From Bradyrhizobium sp. (GTDB taxonomy: Bacteria > Pseudomonadota > Alphaproteobacteria > Rhizobiales > Xanthobacteraceae), in contig JBQTHN010000005.1 of assembly GCA_052389815.1 (NCBI GenBank), forward strand, positions 112,978 through 176,977: DNA of 64,000 nucleotides, in the 5' to 3' direction. Shown here piece by piece: positions 1 to 10,920 of this stretch (position 1 is the stretch's first letter; every line of letters begins with the position of its first letter). The translations under genes were made by a program, and so were the position numbers. Below the pieces are notes generated by a model, which was not told the DNA's origin, made no database searches, and saw only the letters and a program-made list of their open reading frames with translations.

Positions 1-292
1 CAAGCCAGGTAAAACGACTCGGCCCTTCTGACGTCAACATTCTTCAGACTCACCCTGAATAGCAGCCCTCTGCAGGTAAGATTGGTTCGCCATGCCGGCC
101 AACGAGATCAGATTCGCGGTAGCCGATAGGCAGGACAGTTTGCTGGCGATAGTCATCGCCTATCGCTCAATAGGCACCGGGGCTCACAAGTCGCTGGCAG
201 CTTATCACCACTGCAATCTACAACTAAGAATCGTCTCAATCTTGTGTACAACCGATGCACCTTTTTTCTTTCATATGGATGGTGCGGTAGTC

Positions 293-1240
293 ATGGAGCG
301 TCCCGGGCTGCTGAGGGGAGGACGGCCCCTTGGCTTGAATTTGGATCAACTTCAACAGGCAATCACAGCGGCAGATTACGGCAGCTTTCGGCAAGCCGCC
401 GAAGTACTGTCAATCAAGCAATCGACCATTAGTCGTTCAATTCAGCTGCTCGAACACAGCTTTGGAGTCCATATATTTGAGCGATCAAGTGGGGGAGTGC
501 GTGCGACCCCGGCCGGCCGTCACTTCTTGAGCGTAGCGCGCTCGATAGTCGAGCAGCTGGATGCGCTTGCTGCTACTATGAGGGCAAGTGGCCGTGGCGA
601 AGCTGGCCGACTTGCAGTTGGCTTCTGTACATCTCTCGCCGCGGGCAATTTGAGAGCATCGCTGCTGGACCTTCTTCAGAGATTTCCTCAAATCGAACTC
701 TCTACCGTGGAACGACGGCGCGCCCATCTGATGGCGGCGCTTCGTAATGGTGCGCTGGACGTTCTGATCTTGACGGGAGGGACATCATCTCAAAAAACCA
801 GCAGAATGCCGCTTTGGAATGAGCGGGTGTTGGTCGTCTTGCCTGCGGAACATCCTCTGGCGCAGCGAAAAGTCATTTATTGGACGGACTTACGAGACGA
901 GACGGTTATCTTGAGTCACTACGATCCGGGAAGTGAAATTGAAGATCTGTTGGTTCCAAAGCTTGTATCGCCCGATGATCGACCGAAGATTGAACGTCAC
1001 GATATCAGTCGTGGCATTGTAAAGAGCCTGGTCACAATGAAGGTCGGCATCAGCCTTGTTCTGGAATCGGACGCAGGTGCCACTCTTTCCGGTCTCGTAT
1101 ATCGAGAACTACGGGACGGCAGTGGACCGAGCGTGTTGAACTATTCAGCCTATTGGCAAAAGGATAACGAAAATTCGGTCCTAGAAACCTTCCTGAAGCT
1201 ACTCTCTGAGCGCTACCCATCACCTTGCTCGGGAAATTGA
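293..1240 (+). CDS. LysR-family transcriptional regulator at the distal end of the trb operon
   Basis: N-terminal LysR HTH (LDQLQQAITAADYGSFRQAAEVLSIKQSTISRSIQLLE..FERSSGGVRATPAG) and substrate-binding domain. ATG 293 chosen instead of the track start at 92. Confidence 0.9.
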   Translation: MERPGLLRGGRPLGLNLDQLQQAITAADYGSFRQAAEVLSIKQSTISRSIQLLEHSFGVHIFERSSGGVRATPAGRHFLSVARSIVEQLDALAATMRASGRGEAGRLAVGFCTSLAAGNLRASLLDLLQRFPQIELSTVERRRAHLMAALRNGALDVLILTGGTSSQKTSRMPLWNERVLVVLPAEHPLAQRKVIYWTDLRDETVILSHYDPGSEIEDLLVPKLVSPDDRPKIERHDISRGIVKSLVTMKVGISLVLESDAGATLSGLVYRELRDGSGPSVLNYSAYWQKDNENSVLETFLKLLSERYPSPCSGN

Positions 1241-1455
1241 CGCGCTCGGCGGGCCTTTGCAAAAGCTCGATCGGTCGCCATGAACCGAGCCAGCATCGGC
1301 GCAATCAACTTGGCAGGATCGCTTATGGTCTGTCCGGTTTGGCGGGCCAGAACCTCAGCGTAGGTTACCAGATCGCGATGTATGTTCGTCGGCAGTTCGA
1401 ACGTGAGCTTGACCGGCTTAGCATCCTCGAATGCTCCTAGCTTAAGCTTCGCCAT
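1213..1455 (-). CDS. DUF2274-family small protein, typically downstream of trbI
   Basis: MAKLKLGAFEDAKPVKLTFELP...DPAKLIAPMLARFMATDRAFAKAR; position right after trbI. Confidence 0.85.
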   Translation of the reverse strand: MAKLKLGAFEDAKPVKLTFELPTNIHRDLVTYAEVLARQTGQTISDPAKLIAPMLARFMATDRAFAKARRARQFPEQGDG

Positions 1456-1460
1456 CGACC

Positions 1461-2651
1461 TTATCCCTTGTAAGTCTCAAGCACCAGGTCCCGATTGACG
1501 AGCACTCTCACGGGAAATCCCGGACGGATCGTCAAAGTTGGCTGGATGTTGAGATTGCGACGAACGACCTGTTGGCCGGTCTGGTTTAGAGAATCACCTG
1601 CCCCACGACGCAGCGCTTGAAGGATGGCGCCGTTGGTGCTGCTAATGTCCGGCCCAGAATTCGCCTCGGTGCCCACGGCGAGCAGGGTTGAAAGCGCAGC
1701 TGCTCCGAGCATCTCTTTCCAATGATTATCGATCTCATCCTGAAGACCGGAATATCCCAAGGCATCCACGCCGGGTTGGCGCTCCAAAACGATCGAACGC
1801 CCGTTCGGCATGATGAGCCGTGTCCAAACCAGGAGGACTCGTGACTGTCCGAACGCAATCTGGCAATCGTAGATCCCAATCAACCGCGCGCCCTGCGGGA
1901 TAAGACGAGCCCGCCCTGTCGGGGTATCGTAGACATTCTCAGTTACCTGAGCCGTGATCAGACCGGGCAGATCGGAACGAATCCCAGTAATCAGAGCGGC
2001 GGGAATGATAGTGCCGGCTTGAACAACAAAGGGGGAGGCCTGCTTCATCAGACGGTCAGGGCTAGTGGTGCGTCGATCGACCGATGCATTGACGAACGCG
2101 AGTTTACGATCCTGACCGTTTTGGGCAAATGCGTCGTCAGTTGAAGTGGCTCCCGTTGGCGGCGCTTCGGCTGACGGCGCTTGACTAGGCGATGGTCGGG
2201 TAACGGTAGTAGCAAACACTTTGCTGGTACGAGCAGCTTCGCTTTCCTGGATGGCTCGTTGCTGCTCGGCATCCACTGCAAGCGGGCCAGCTTGAGTCTG
2301 TGCCGCGACAATCGGACGGCCAAGATCACCTGGTAAAGGCGGCCCTAGTCGTGGCACGTCCGGGGGAATTGAGCCGTAGTCCTTGGGTAGGCTTGCAAGC
2401 TTATCCGCCACATTGTGGTGATCGGTCGAGTAGAGTTCGTCCGAGACGGAACCCCGCTCGCGTGTTTGCAGCGCCAGAAAAACAGCAGCGGACATGAGGA
2501 TCAGCGCCAAAGCAGTGCCCCCGATCAGCGCTTTGCGCGAGAGCCGTGCGACCTGCTGGCGCTCCGGCCGCAACCGAAAAGAACTCGCCATCTCTGCCTC
2601 GGGCCCCGGCCGAACGCCGTTCGTGGGCCCCTGTTCGGTGTTGCTCATCAA
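1461..2651 (-). CDS. trbI: TrbI/VirB10 conjugal transfer protein
   Basis: N-terminal TM followed by GTIIPAALITGIRSDLPG..FGQSRVLLVWTRLIMPNG..IQPTLTIRPG. Confidence 0.95.
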   Translation of the reverse strand: MMSNTEQGPTNGVRPGPEAEMASSFRLRPERQQVARLSRKALIGGTALALILMSAAVFLALQTRERGSVSDELYSTDHHNVADKLASLPKDYGSIPPDVPRLGPPLPGDLGRPIVAAQTQAGPLAVDAEQQRAIQESEAARTSKVFATTVTRPSPSQAPSAEAPPTGATSTDDAFAQNGQDRKLAFVNASVDRRTTSPDRLMKQASPFVVQAGTIIPAALITGIRSDLPGLITAQVTENVYDTPTGRARLIPQGARLIGIYDCQIAFGQSRVLLVWTRLIMPNGRSIVLERQPGVDALGYSGLQDEIDNHWKEMLGAAALSTLLAVGTEANSGPDISSTNGAILQALRRGAGDSLNQTGQQVVRRNLNIQPTLTIRPGFPVRVLVNRDLVLETYKG

Positions 2652-3625
2652 TTTCTCCCGTCGGTTCTGACGATGCGGACCTTCTGCTGGTCTTCGCCCC
2701 CCAGCCGCAGTTCGGCTGCTGCGAACAATCGGTCGACAATCAGGACGTTGCCGAACGCCCGGTAATTGACGAGTCCCGTCTTCCCGTCGGAGTTGATGAC
2801 AAACAGTGGGGGCATCTCGCCTTGCCCGATACCAGGCGAGAATTCGATGTAGACCTTGCGGCCGTCGTCAAAAGCGCTGACGGGGCGCCATGGAGGATTA
2901 TCGCCCTCAAAGGCGTATCGATAGCGCCGATGGGCAGCGTCCGGAATGAAGGGTTTTGGCGGAAGCGCACGACCGCGAGCGGCCCGGTCTTCAGGATAGA
3001 ACCAGGAGACCGATGGCATGTATGATTTTTCACGCGAGCGCAGTTCGATCAGGTACGTCCGCCGATCTGTGTTGAGAACGAGGTTGGTTTCGATGGCGGC
3101 TCGTGTCGGCTTGACCATGATATGGACCCGCCGTGTATCGCCACTGCCGCTCTCGGTATCGCCAACGACCCAGCGTACGGTGTCCCCTGCGGCCACGGGT
3201 CCTGAGCCGATCAACTGCTCACCCGGCTCCAACGCGATATCGGTGATCTGTCCTGGCGCCGCATAGACTTGATAAAGCGCGCCAGGACTATACGGAAACA
3301 CCTGCACGGCGTTGAAATATCCGGCCTTCCGAGGTTGAATGCGGGCCGCATCGTTGGCGCTTTCGATCCGATCAACGGGTGCTTCAGCTTCCTTCTCCTT
3401 GCCACCGCGCGCCGGCGTCCAAACGGGTGGGACGTGAAGGGGGCGCGGTCGGTCGTCCGTGAGCTGCGGCTGATCTGGCAGCGTCGGGATTTCGTCGTCA
3501 TAACTGATCTGCGGAGGTTTGAATGTTGTGCATCCCGCGAGGGCATATGCGCAGATCAGGAGAACCGGAAACCCCTTCCCCATTTTCATTCGCAGTGAAG
3601 GTTGGTCTGTCGACGTCACTGTCAA
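2648..3625 (-). CDS. trbG: TrbG/VirB9 conjugal transfer protein
   Basis: Lipobox-like LAGC; YQVYAAPGQITDIALEPGE, GDTVRW, FDDGRKVYI motifs. Start uncertain (TTG 3625 overlapping the trbF stop, or ATG 3589). Confidence 0.92.
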   Translation of the reverse strand: MTVTSTDQPSLRMKMGKGFPVLLICAYALAGCTTFKPPQISYDDEIPTLPDQPQLTDDRPRPLHVPPVWTPARGGKEKEAEAPVDRIESANDAARIQPRKAGYFNAVQVFPYSPGALYQVYAAPGQITDIALEPGEQLIGSGPVAAGDTVRWVVGDTESGSGDTRRVHIMVKPTRAAIETNLVLNTDRRTYLIELRSREKSYMPSVSWFYPEDRAARGRALPPKPFIPDAAHRRYRYAFEGDNPPWRPVSAFDDGRKVYIEFSPGIGQGEMPPLFVINSDGKTGLVNYRAFGNVLIVDRLFAAAELRLGGEDQQKVRIVRTDGRN

Positions 3626-4299
3626 AACTCCTTGGACCAGTTGATAGCGTTGACGTAGATGCCAAGGGGGTTTTTGCGCAGCCGATCGATGTCGCGCGGC
3701 GGTTCTACGACAACGCTGACGATGGCACTCCACCGCTCGGTGGCGGCAAGCTGACCATTCTCGTAGCGGCGTTCGATCCAGGCGATGCGGAAGCTCTCAG
3801 GCGAAGCCCTGATAACGCTGGATAGTTCGACGGCGACCTGGATCTTCCCGACTTTTGTGAACGGGTCGCTGTTGCGGGCGTAGTCGTTCAGCGCGGCGGC
3901 GCCGCGATCGGTCGTGAAATCGTACGCTCGAAGCCAATCTTCACGTAGCACGATCGCGTCCATGGGGAGGGCGCGGACATGCTCGATGAAGCGGGCGAGA
4001 TGGAAGGCGATTTGAGGGTCGGTCGCCTTATATGTCGAGGTTGCCGGCGCGACCATCTTTGCTTCGCCGAGGCGGTCGACTTCAACAACCCACGGCGTAA
4101 TTGATCCCTGTGCCGACTGCCAGACGAGAGCAGCTGCAAAGCCAGCAGAGAGGAACAGACAACCAAACGCCATCAGGCGCCAATTCCCGGCCTGGACACG
4201 CGCCGAGCCGATCCGATCATCCCAAACCTGCGCGGCTTTTTGGTAAGGCGTAACCGGCTGAGGTGTGCGGCCATAGTGAACGGCGGATCGTTTGAACAT
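3622..4299 (-). CDS. trbF: TrbF/VirB8 conjugal transfer protein
   Basis: MFKRSAVHYG..TPYQKAAQVWDDRIG..KNPLGIYVNAINWSKE. Confidence 0.95.
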   Translation of the reverse strand: MFKRSAVHYGRTPQPVTPYQKAAQVWDDRIGSARVQAGNWRLMAFGCLFLSAGFAAALVWQSAQGSITPWVVEVDRLGEAKMVAPATSTYKATDPQIAFHLARFIEHVRALPMDAIVLREDWLRAYDFTTDRGAAALNDYARNSDPFTKVGKIQVAVELSSVIRASPESFRIAWIERRYENGQLAATERWSAIVSVVVEPPRDIDRLRKNPLGIYVNAINWSKEF

Positions 4300-4385
4300 G
4301 CTTGACCTCGACATACGAGAAATCGGACGTGGGCGGTGTTTGCTGCGTTTGAAGAGTTCTGAGAGGTGCGCCGATGGCGCTGATC

Positions 4386-5612
4386 TCAGCGCTCTGTATC
4401 CCTGAGATCGACGGAGGCCCCACCACCGCCGTGGTCCCCAGACCGCAGCGCCTGCGTCGTCGCGGAGACACCATGACTGACCGCCTGTCCACGCATGCGG
4501 CGAACCCAGGCGGGTGCGCCTCCAGATGACGCATCCGCGCCGCCGGCTTCATCGCCCGCGGCATTTGATCTGCCAAAGCGGGCGGCCAGCGATCGCAGGG
4601 GACTCGCTGCCGAAGTGGCGCCCGCCTCCCCGGTTTGCGCGCCCGTCCGAAAGGCGGATGCCGCGCCGCCTATGAGCGCGCTGCCTCCCCTCGCCGCGCC
4701 TCCAACCATGCTGCCGGTGAGAGCAGCCCCGCCTGCTGCGAGTGCTGCTCCGGCGGCAACCACACCACCTGCGGCCATCGTGGTTCCGACGGCCGCACCG
4801 GCCCCAAGTTGAGGACCGCCAGATACAATGCCGTTGGCAATTCCCGGCCCGAAGATACCGAGGCCAAGCAACGAGAGAGCCGCGAGCACCAGTGCCATCG
4901 CATTTTCGATAGTCGGCTGGTTGCCGCCAAACCCTGAGGTGAACTGGGAGAACAGCGTCGATCCGATGCCAACAATTACCGCCAGCACCAGGACCTTGAC
5001 ACCCGACGAGATCACATTTCCCAAGACCCGTTCGGCTGCGAAGGCCGTCTTCCCAAACAGGCCAAAGGGAATCAGCACGAAGCCGGCCAGGGTAGTCAAC
5101 TTGAACTCGATCAAGGTAATAAAGAGCTGGATGGCGAGGATGAAGAACGTCAGCAGCACGACAATCCAGGCAAACAGCAGCACCACGATCTGTACAAAAT
5201 TCTCGAAGAAGCTGACGTAGCCCATCAGTCTTGAAATCGATTCCAGGATCGGCCGTCCGGCCTCCAGGCCGACCTGAGCGATCCGTCCAGGCCTGAGGAA
5301 CTCTGCCGATGACAAGCCGGTGCCAGAAGCCTTTAATCCTAAGCCGGCAAAGCTCTCGAAGACGATGCGTGCAAGGGTATTCCAGTTACCGATAAGGAAG
5401 GCGAAGACGCCGACGAACATCGTCTTCTTCACGAGGCGAGCGATGATGTCCTCATCGGAGCCCCAGACCCAGAACAGGCCCGCCAGCGTGATGTCGATGG
5501 CTGCAAGCGTGGACGCGAGATACCCGACCTCATTTCCCACCAGGCCAAAGCCGGAGTCGATATAGCGGGTGAACGTTTCCAGAAACTGGTCGATGATGCC
5601 TGTACCACCCAT
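4386..5612 (-). CDS. trbL: TrbL/VirB6 conjugal transfer protein
   Basis: MGGTGIIDQFLETFTRYIDSGFGL; multiple TM segments, LIEFKLTTLAGFVL motif, Gly/Ala-rich tail. Confidence 0.95.
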   Translation of the reverse strand: MGGTGIIDQFLETFTRYIDSGFGLVGNEVGYLASTLAAIDITLAGLFWVWGSDEDIIARLVKKTMFVGVFAFLIGNWNTLARIVFESFAGLGLKASGTGLSSAEFLRPGRIAQVGLEAGRPILESISRLMGYVSFFENFVQIVVLLFAWIVVLLTFFILAIQLFITLIEFKLTTLAGFVLIPFGLFGKTAFAAERVLGNVISSGVKVLVLAVIVGIGSTLFSQFTSGFGGNQPTIENAMALVLAALSLLGLGIFGPGIANGIVSGGPQLGAGAAVGTTMAAGGVVAAGAALAAGGAALTGSMVGGAARGGSALIGGAASAFRTGAQTGEAGATSAASPLRSLAARFGRSNAAGDEAGGADASSGGAPAWVRRMRGQAVSHGVSATTQALRSGDHGGGGASVDLRDTER

Positions 5613-5987
5613 CTATCGCTCCGTCGGCTGAGGTGCCGGAAACAAACCGGGCGGCAAACGGCTCTGATCCTTGACGGACGCAGGCGGTGTGGCGTCTGGA
5701 TCGGGCCGGGCGGGATTGCGCGGAGTGTCGATGTTCTGCCTTATGAAGTGGCGGCGCTGTTCCGCCCAAACCTTTCGGCATTCGGCAAGTCTGTCTTTTT
5801 GCTCGTATCCAACTGAACGACATCGCTCGAGCTCGGCTGTCTGGGGATCGCCTTCTCGGACGACCGAAGAGGCAGGCTGAGGCTGATTGTCGTCGTCACG
5901 CAGGTGGATGGTGCAAGCAGCAGCGAGCACGACGACAAAGATTGTCACGCCGAGAGACAGCGCCTTGAACGCCCTGAAATCGCTCAT
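5613..5987 (-). CDS. trbK: TrbK-alt putative entry-exclusion protein
   Basis: Lies between trbJ and trbL; hydrophobic N-terminus and ELERCRSVG..CRKVWAEQRRHF motif. Confidence 0.75.
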   Translation of the reverse strand: MSDFRAFKALSLGVTIFVVVLAAACTIHLRDDDNQPQPASSVVREGDPQTAELERCRSVGYEQKDRLAECRKVWAEQRRHFIRQNIDTPRNPARPDPDATPPASVKDQSRLPPGLFPAPQPTER

Positions 5988-6721
5988 TGGTGAAACATCT
6001 GCACGCTTGTGGGTTGGTAACCTCGGCTCTGCGTCAGGAAACGCCGGAGTTGCTCCCTGCCTTGGTCCTGAGCAGCCGTTCGCTGAGCAGATTCCAGGTT
6101 TTGGGCGCGTCCTTGAGCGGCGACTGTTGCCGTGAGATCGGCCAGTTGTTGTGCCTGAAGCGCGAGAAGCTGATTGCCGGCCTGGCTCGCTTGCAGCGCT
6201 CCAGTTGCCCCTTGGCTCGCACCAACCAGCGCCGCCATCTGGGCGCGATTGGTGTCGAGGTTACCTACCACCGTCGCCTGGACCCGCATGGCGTCTTGAA
6301 AGCTCGCAACGGAGTTTTGCCAACGCACCTGCGCGTTCGCAATCAGCGCCTGGTCCGTAGCGTCGGGGGATGCCGGCGCATACGTGGCAGAAAACGCGCG
6401 ATCGATTTGCTGGATGTCGAAAGAGATGCGCTGGGCTTGGGCGAGCAATTGCTGGGTACGCTGGATCGACAGCTCCAACTGCTGCAGCGACGAGTATGGC
6501 AAGCTCGCGAGATTCCTGGTCTGATTGACCAGCATCTGCGCCTGATTTTGCAGCGATGCGATCTGGTTGTTGATCTGCTGCAAAGCTCGAGCGGCGGTCA
6601 GAACGTTCTGGGCATAGTTGTTGGGATCAAACACAACCAACTGCGTGAAGGCCGGATTGGGACCGACGAGCACGGCAAGTGCGACCACGCCAGCGGCAGC
6701 GAAACGACGGAAGCGGTTCAT
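5984..6721 (-). CDS. trbJ: TrbJ/VirB5 conjugal transfer protein
   Basis: Signal peptide, then VFDPNNYAQNVLTAARALQQINNQI..GALQASQAGNQLLALQ. Confidence 0.95.
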   Translation of the reverse strand: MNRFRRFAAAGVVALAVLVGPNPAFTQLVVFDPNNYAQNVLTAARALQQINNQIASLQNQAQMLVNQTRNLASLPYSSLQQLELSIQRTQQLLAQAQRISFDIQQIDRAFSATYAPASPDATDQALIANAQVRWQNSVASFQDAMRVQATVVGNLDTNRAQMAALVGASQGATGALQASQAGNQLLALQAQQLADLTATVAAQGRAQNLESAQRTAAQDQGREQLRRFLTQSRGYQPTSVQMFHQ

Positions 6722-9159
6722 TTAGAAGCCTCCAGTTCAGCGAGGTGTGGGATGAGATCGGTCGCCCAAGCGACGTCGCGGGCCTTCAGCCATCCACTCA
6801 CGAAGCTCTCGCGGCTATGTTCAGCCAATACTCGATCGATCAGAGATTGGTCGGCCTTGGAGGAAGCGGCGGTGAAGGCAAGCGCGACCTCGCCAAGTCC
6901 GAGTTCGAACAGGCGATTGCCCCGGCGTGACTGGCAGTAATAGTCTCGCTTGGGAATCGCCCGCGCCAGGATTTCGATTTGCCGGTCATTGAGCCCAAAT
7001 CGCCGGTAGATCGTCATGATCTGCGGCTCGATAGCGCGATCGTTGGGCAGCAGGATCCGGGTCGGGCAACTCTCGATGATAGCAGGCGCGATTGCTGACC
7101 CATCGATATCTACAAGCGATTGGGTCGCAAACACGACCGACGCATTCTTCTTGCGAAGCGTCTTCAGCCATTCACGGAGCTTGCCGGCAAAGTCCGCATC
7201 ATCAAGCGCGAGCCAACCCTCGTCGATGATGAGCAGCGTTGGGCGCCCGTCGAAACGGCTCTCGATGCGGTGGAACAGATAAGCCAGGACGGCCGGCGCG
7301 ACGGCAGTTCCGATCAATCCGTCGGTCTCAAAAACCTGGACCGATGAGCTACCGAGGTGCTCATTCTCGGCATCGAGCAAGCGGTCATAGGGACCGCCAA
7401 GGCAATAGGGCTGGAGCGCTCGCTTCAGGATATTCGATTGGAGGAGGACCGAGAGACCTGTGAGGGTCCGCTCCTGACGAGGAGCCGATGCCAACGAGGT
7501 CAGCGCAGTCCAGACATGATCCTTGGTCTCTGGGGTGACGTCGATCTTTTCTCGCGACAGGATCGAGGCGACCCATTCTGCCGCCCATCCACGCTCCGCG
7601 ACCTCATCGATCCCCGCAAGTGGCTGCAGGGACACAAATTCATCCGTCTCTCCCGCGACCGCACCGCCGAGGTCATGCCAGTCCCCGTCCATGGCCAATG
7701 CCGCCGCGCGCATCGACCGGCCGAAATCGAAGGCAAAGACCTGTGCGTCTGGATAGCGGCGGAACTGCAGGGCCATCAACGCCAGGAGTACCGACTTGCC
7801 CGCCCCGGTCGGGCCAACAACGAGGGTATGCCCTACATCGCCAAGGTGGAGCGAGAACCGAAACGGCGTGGACCCTTCCGTCTTGGCAAAGAACAGCGGG
7901 GGTGCCTTGAGGTGATGGTCCCTCACCTCGCCCGCCCAAACCGCCGACAAGGGGATCATATGGGCGAGGTTGAATGTCGAGATCGGCGGCTGGCGGACGT
8001 TGGCGTAAACGTGGCCCGGCAGGCTGCCGAGCCAGGCCTCGACCGCATTCACAGTCTCGATCATGCAGGTGAAATCACGCCCCTGGATGACCTTTTCCAC
8101 TAGGCGCAGCTTTTCGTCGGCAGCTCGGGGATCTCCGTCCCAGACCGTGACAGTCGCCGTAACAAAGGCTTCCCCGATTTGATCGGTGCCTAGTTCCTGC
8201 AGGGCCGCATCGGCATCGATCGCCTTGTTGTGGGCGTCGGTATCAAGAAGGGCCGATGCCTCGTTGGTCATCACCTCCTTCAGGATCGCAGCGATCGACT
8301 TGCGTTTGGCAAACCATTGGCGCCGGATTTTTGTCGCGAGCTTCACGGCGTCGTTCCGGTCGAGCATGAGCGCCCGCGTCGACCAGCGATAAGAAAATGC
8401 CAGACGGTTCAGGTCATCAAGAATCCCAGGCACGGTCGCGGTCGGAAATCCGACGACTGTCAGCACCCGCAGATGGGCCGCTCCCAGCATCGGCTCAAGA
8501 CCGCCCGTCAGCGGTTGATCGGCAAGCAGCGCGTCGAGATACATGGGTATTTCGGGGACACGAACCCGATGGCGCCTGGTCGAGATCGTTGAGTGCAGAT
8601 AGGTCAACGTTTCCTGATCATCGAGCCAGCCACATTCCGGCATGAAGCTTTCAATGAGTTGCAGGACACGGTTGGTCCGATCGACAAAACCGGCCAGCGC
8701 CTCCCGCGCGTCTGCACCGAAGGTCCGGTTGCTGCCCTCGTAAAGCAGCCGCTCGGCCAGGGCCGCTCCTTCGGCAGGCGGCAGATAAACCAAAGTCAGG
8801 TAGTAGCTGGACTCGTAATGGGCGCTGGCCTCCTCGAACTGCGCCCTGCGCTCGGCGTCGACCAGGGCGGACGCCACATCCGGGAACGTGTTCGGAGGGT
8901 AGGCTCCCGCGGCATGCCGTTGTCCCTCGACAAACAGAGCCCAGCCGGATCCGAGGCGACGCAGGGCATTGTTCAGGCGCCCGGCGACGGCGACGAGTTC
9001 GGCCGGCACAGCGCTGTCGAGATCCGGTCCTCGAAACTTCGCCGTCCGCTGAAAGGAGCCGTCCTTGTTCAGGACAATGCCCTCGTCGACAAGAGCAGCC
9101 CACGGCAGGAAGTCCGCCAGGCGCACATTCGAGGAACGGTATTCGGCAAGATTCATCAT
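6718..9159 (-). CDS. trbE: TrbE/VirB4 ATPase
   Basis: MMNLAEYR..LADFLPWAALV; Walker A GPTGAGKS, Walker B IIDEGW, FATQS. Confidence 0.96.
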   Translation of the reverse strand: MMNLAEYRSSNVRLADFLPWAALVDEGIVLNKDGSFQRTAKFRGPDLDSAVPAELVAVAGRLNNALRRLGSGWALFVEGQRHAAGAYPPNTFPDVASALVDAERRAQFEEASAHYESSYYLTLVYLPPAEGAALAERLLYEGSNRTFGADAREALAGFVDRTNRVLQLIESFMPECGWLDDQETLTYLHSTISTRRHRVRVPEIPMYLDALLADQPLTGGLEPMLGAAHLRVLTVVGFPTATVPGILDDLNRLAFSYRWSTRALMLDRNDAVKLATKIRRQWFAKRKSIAAILKEVMTNEASALLDTDAHNKAIDADAALQELGTDQIGEAFVTATVTVWDGDPRAADEKLRLVEKVIQGRDFTCMIETVNAVEAWLGSLPGHVYANVRQPPISTFNLAHMIPLSAVWAGEVRDHHLKAPPLFFAKTEGSTPFRFSLHLGDVGHTLVVGPTGAGKSVLLALMALQFRRYPDAQVFAFDFGRSMRAAALAMDGDWHDLGGAVAGETDEFVSLQPLAGIDEVAERGWAAEWVASILSREKIDVTPETKDHVWTALTSLASAPRQERTLTGLSVLLQSNILKRALQPYCLGGPYDRLLDAENEHLGSSSVQVFETDGLIGTAVAPAVLAYLFHRIESRFDGRPTLLIIDEGWLALDDADFAGKLREWLKTLRKKNASVVFATQSLVDIDGSAIAPAIIESCPTRILLPNDRAIEPQIMTIYRRFGLNDRQIEILARAIPKRDYYCQSRRGNRLFELGLGEVALAFTAASSKADQSLIDRVLAEHSRESFVSGWLKARDVAWATDLIPHLAELEASK

Positions 9160-9167
9160 GGAAGGAC

Positions 9168-9431
9168 TCACGTGGAGAGGTGACCAGGGATACGGATGTG
9201 CCGGCGCGTGACCTCGACGAACTCCGGATCGCGTTTCGCAGCCCAAACGGCGGCCATATGACCGATGAACCAGAGCAGAAGACCGGCAAGCCAAAGCCGC
9301 AGACCGAGACCGAGTGCGGCTGCCAAGGTGCCGTTTAGAATGGCAACGGCCCGCGGTGCGCCACCCATCAGGATCGGCTCGGTCAAGGCGCGATGCACGG
9401 GGGCAACAAACCCTGGGATCTGCTCATCCAT
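9168..9431 (-). CDS. trbD: TrbD/VirB3
   Basis: PVHRALTEPILMGGAPR..AAKRDP; two TM segments; synteny. Confidence 0.93.
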   Translation of the reverse strand: MDEQIPGFVAPVHRALTEPILMGGAPRAVAILNGTLAAALGLGLRLWLAGLLLWFIGHMAAVWAAKRDPEFVEVTRRHIRIPGHLST

Positions 9432-9760
9432 CAGATCACCACGCCGCCGCCGAACGAGAAGAACGACAGAAAGAAGCTCGATGCGGCGAACGCAATCGAC
9501 AGACCAAACACGATCTGGACCAGCCGACGAAAACCGCCCGACGTGTCACCGAAAGCCAGGGACAGCCCGGTCACGATGATGATGATAACGGCGACGATCT
9601 TGGCGACCGGGCCTTCGACCGACTGCAGGATCTGATTGAGCGGTTGCTCCCACGGCATATTCGAGCCTGCGGACCAGGCCGGCGAAGCGAACAGGCAGAA
9701 GGCCGCAATTGATGCGGTCGTAACGGCCCTTCGGCCGAGAGGCGATCGGCAGTTCATCAC
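9431..9760 (-). CDS. trbC: TrbC/VirB2 pilin
   Basis: GSNMPWEQPLNQILQSVEGPVAK..LAFGDTSGGFRRLVQIVFG. Confidence 0.95.
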   Translation of the reverse strand: MMNCRSPLGRRAVTTASIAAFCLFASPAWSAGSNMPWEQPLNQILQSVEGPVAKIVAVIIIIVTGLSLAFGDTSGGFRRLVQIVFGLSIAFAASSFFLSFFSFGGGVVI

Positions 9761-10734
9761 TGGTCTCCTGATGCTGAGAGGCTGTAGTCGCCCGACGTCC
9801 CGAGCCCGGCGACGTGAGCAAGTTCGGAAACGCGGCGATCAGCGCCACGGCCAGCAAGAACGGCTATGACGTTCACGGTCTCGGCGATCAGGGCGCGCGG
9901 TACCGTAACCACCGCCTCCTGGATGAGCTGTTCGAGCCGGCGTAAGGCTCCGAGCGCGCTGCCTGCGTGGATGGTACCGATTCCCCCGGGATGCCCGGTA
10001 CCCCAGGCCTTGAGCAGGTCGAGAGCTTCGGCCCCGCGGACCTCGCCGATTGGAATACGATCGGGACGCAAGCGAAGGGATGAACGCACGAGATCCGAAA
10101 GCGACACCACGCCGTCCCTGGTGCGCAAAGCGACAAGGTTTGGCGCCTTGCACTGGAGCTCTCTTGTGTCTTCGATGAGAACGATGCGATCGGAAGTCTT
10201 GGCGACTTCCGCGAGCAGCGCGTTCGTGAGCGTCGTTTTGCCGGTTGATGTTCCGCCGGCAACCAGGATGTTCTTGCGTGAACTAACGGCTTGCCGCAGC
10301 GCTATAGCCTGTTCTGACGTCATGATCCCTGCCAAGACGTAGTCATCAAGCGTAAAGATAGCGACGGCCGGTTTGCGGATCGCGAACGCTGGAGCCGCAA
10401 CAACTGGCGGCAACAAACCTTCAAAACGTTCGCCAGTTTCAGGTAGCTCGGCCGATACACGGGGTGCACCCGCATGCACTTCACCACCCACGTGGTGAGC
10501 GACCAGCCGAATGACGCGCTCCCCGTCTGGCGCTGACAGGATCTCACCGGTGTCCGTCAGACCGCTCGACAAACGGTCGATCCACAATCGGCCGTCAGGG
10601 TTTAGCATCACCTCGACGACTGAAGGATCTTCCAGAAAGCGCGAGATCGCGGGGCCAAGTGCAGTGCGCAGCATGCGCGCGCCGCGAGATATTGCCTCCG
10701 ATTGAATGGAATGGATTGTCACCACCGTCCCCAC
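9757..10734 (-). CDS. trbB: TrbB/VirB11 ATPase
   Basis: [44 protein letters not shown]. Confidence 0.96.
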   Translation of the reverse strand: MGTVVTIHSIQSEAISRGARMLRTALGPAISRFLEDPSVVEVMLNPDGRLWIDRLSSGLTDTGEILSAPDGERVIRLVAHHVGGEVHAGAPRVSAELPETGERFEGLLPPVVAAPAFAIRKPAVAIFTLDDYVLAGIMTSEQAIALRQAVSSRKNILVAGGTSTGKTTLTNALLAEVAKTSDRIVLIEDTRELQCKAPNLVALRTRDGVVSLSDLVRSSLRLRPDRIPIGEVRGAEALDLLKAWGTGHPGGIGTIHAGSALGALRRLEQLIQEAVVTVPRALIAETVNVIAVLAGRGADRRVSELAHVAGLGTSGDYSLSASGDQ

Positions 10735-10920
10735 AAATGAAGTCGCCTGAACGACCTCAGTGGGATCAATTAGAAAAGGCAGTAAACCTCTTCGCGCAAC
10801 AAGCGGGATGTTTGGTTCGCGGCCTGGCGTAGAAAAAGAAAAAGTGGGGAATGTCGAAATCCCAACGTAGCACCGATCGCCGCAAAAGACGGCTTGGAAA
10901 CCAGGCTCAGGCCGGCCAGT

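Noticed and set aside
4314-4386. Gap between trbL and trbF containing TTCAAACG, echoing the trbF start
   Set aside because: The match is only 8 bp and both genes are intact; too weak to call a duplication.
4386-4850. Gly/Ala-rich low-complexity stretch
   Set aside because: It is the normal TrbL C-terminal tail.
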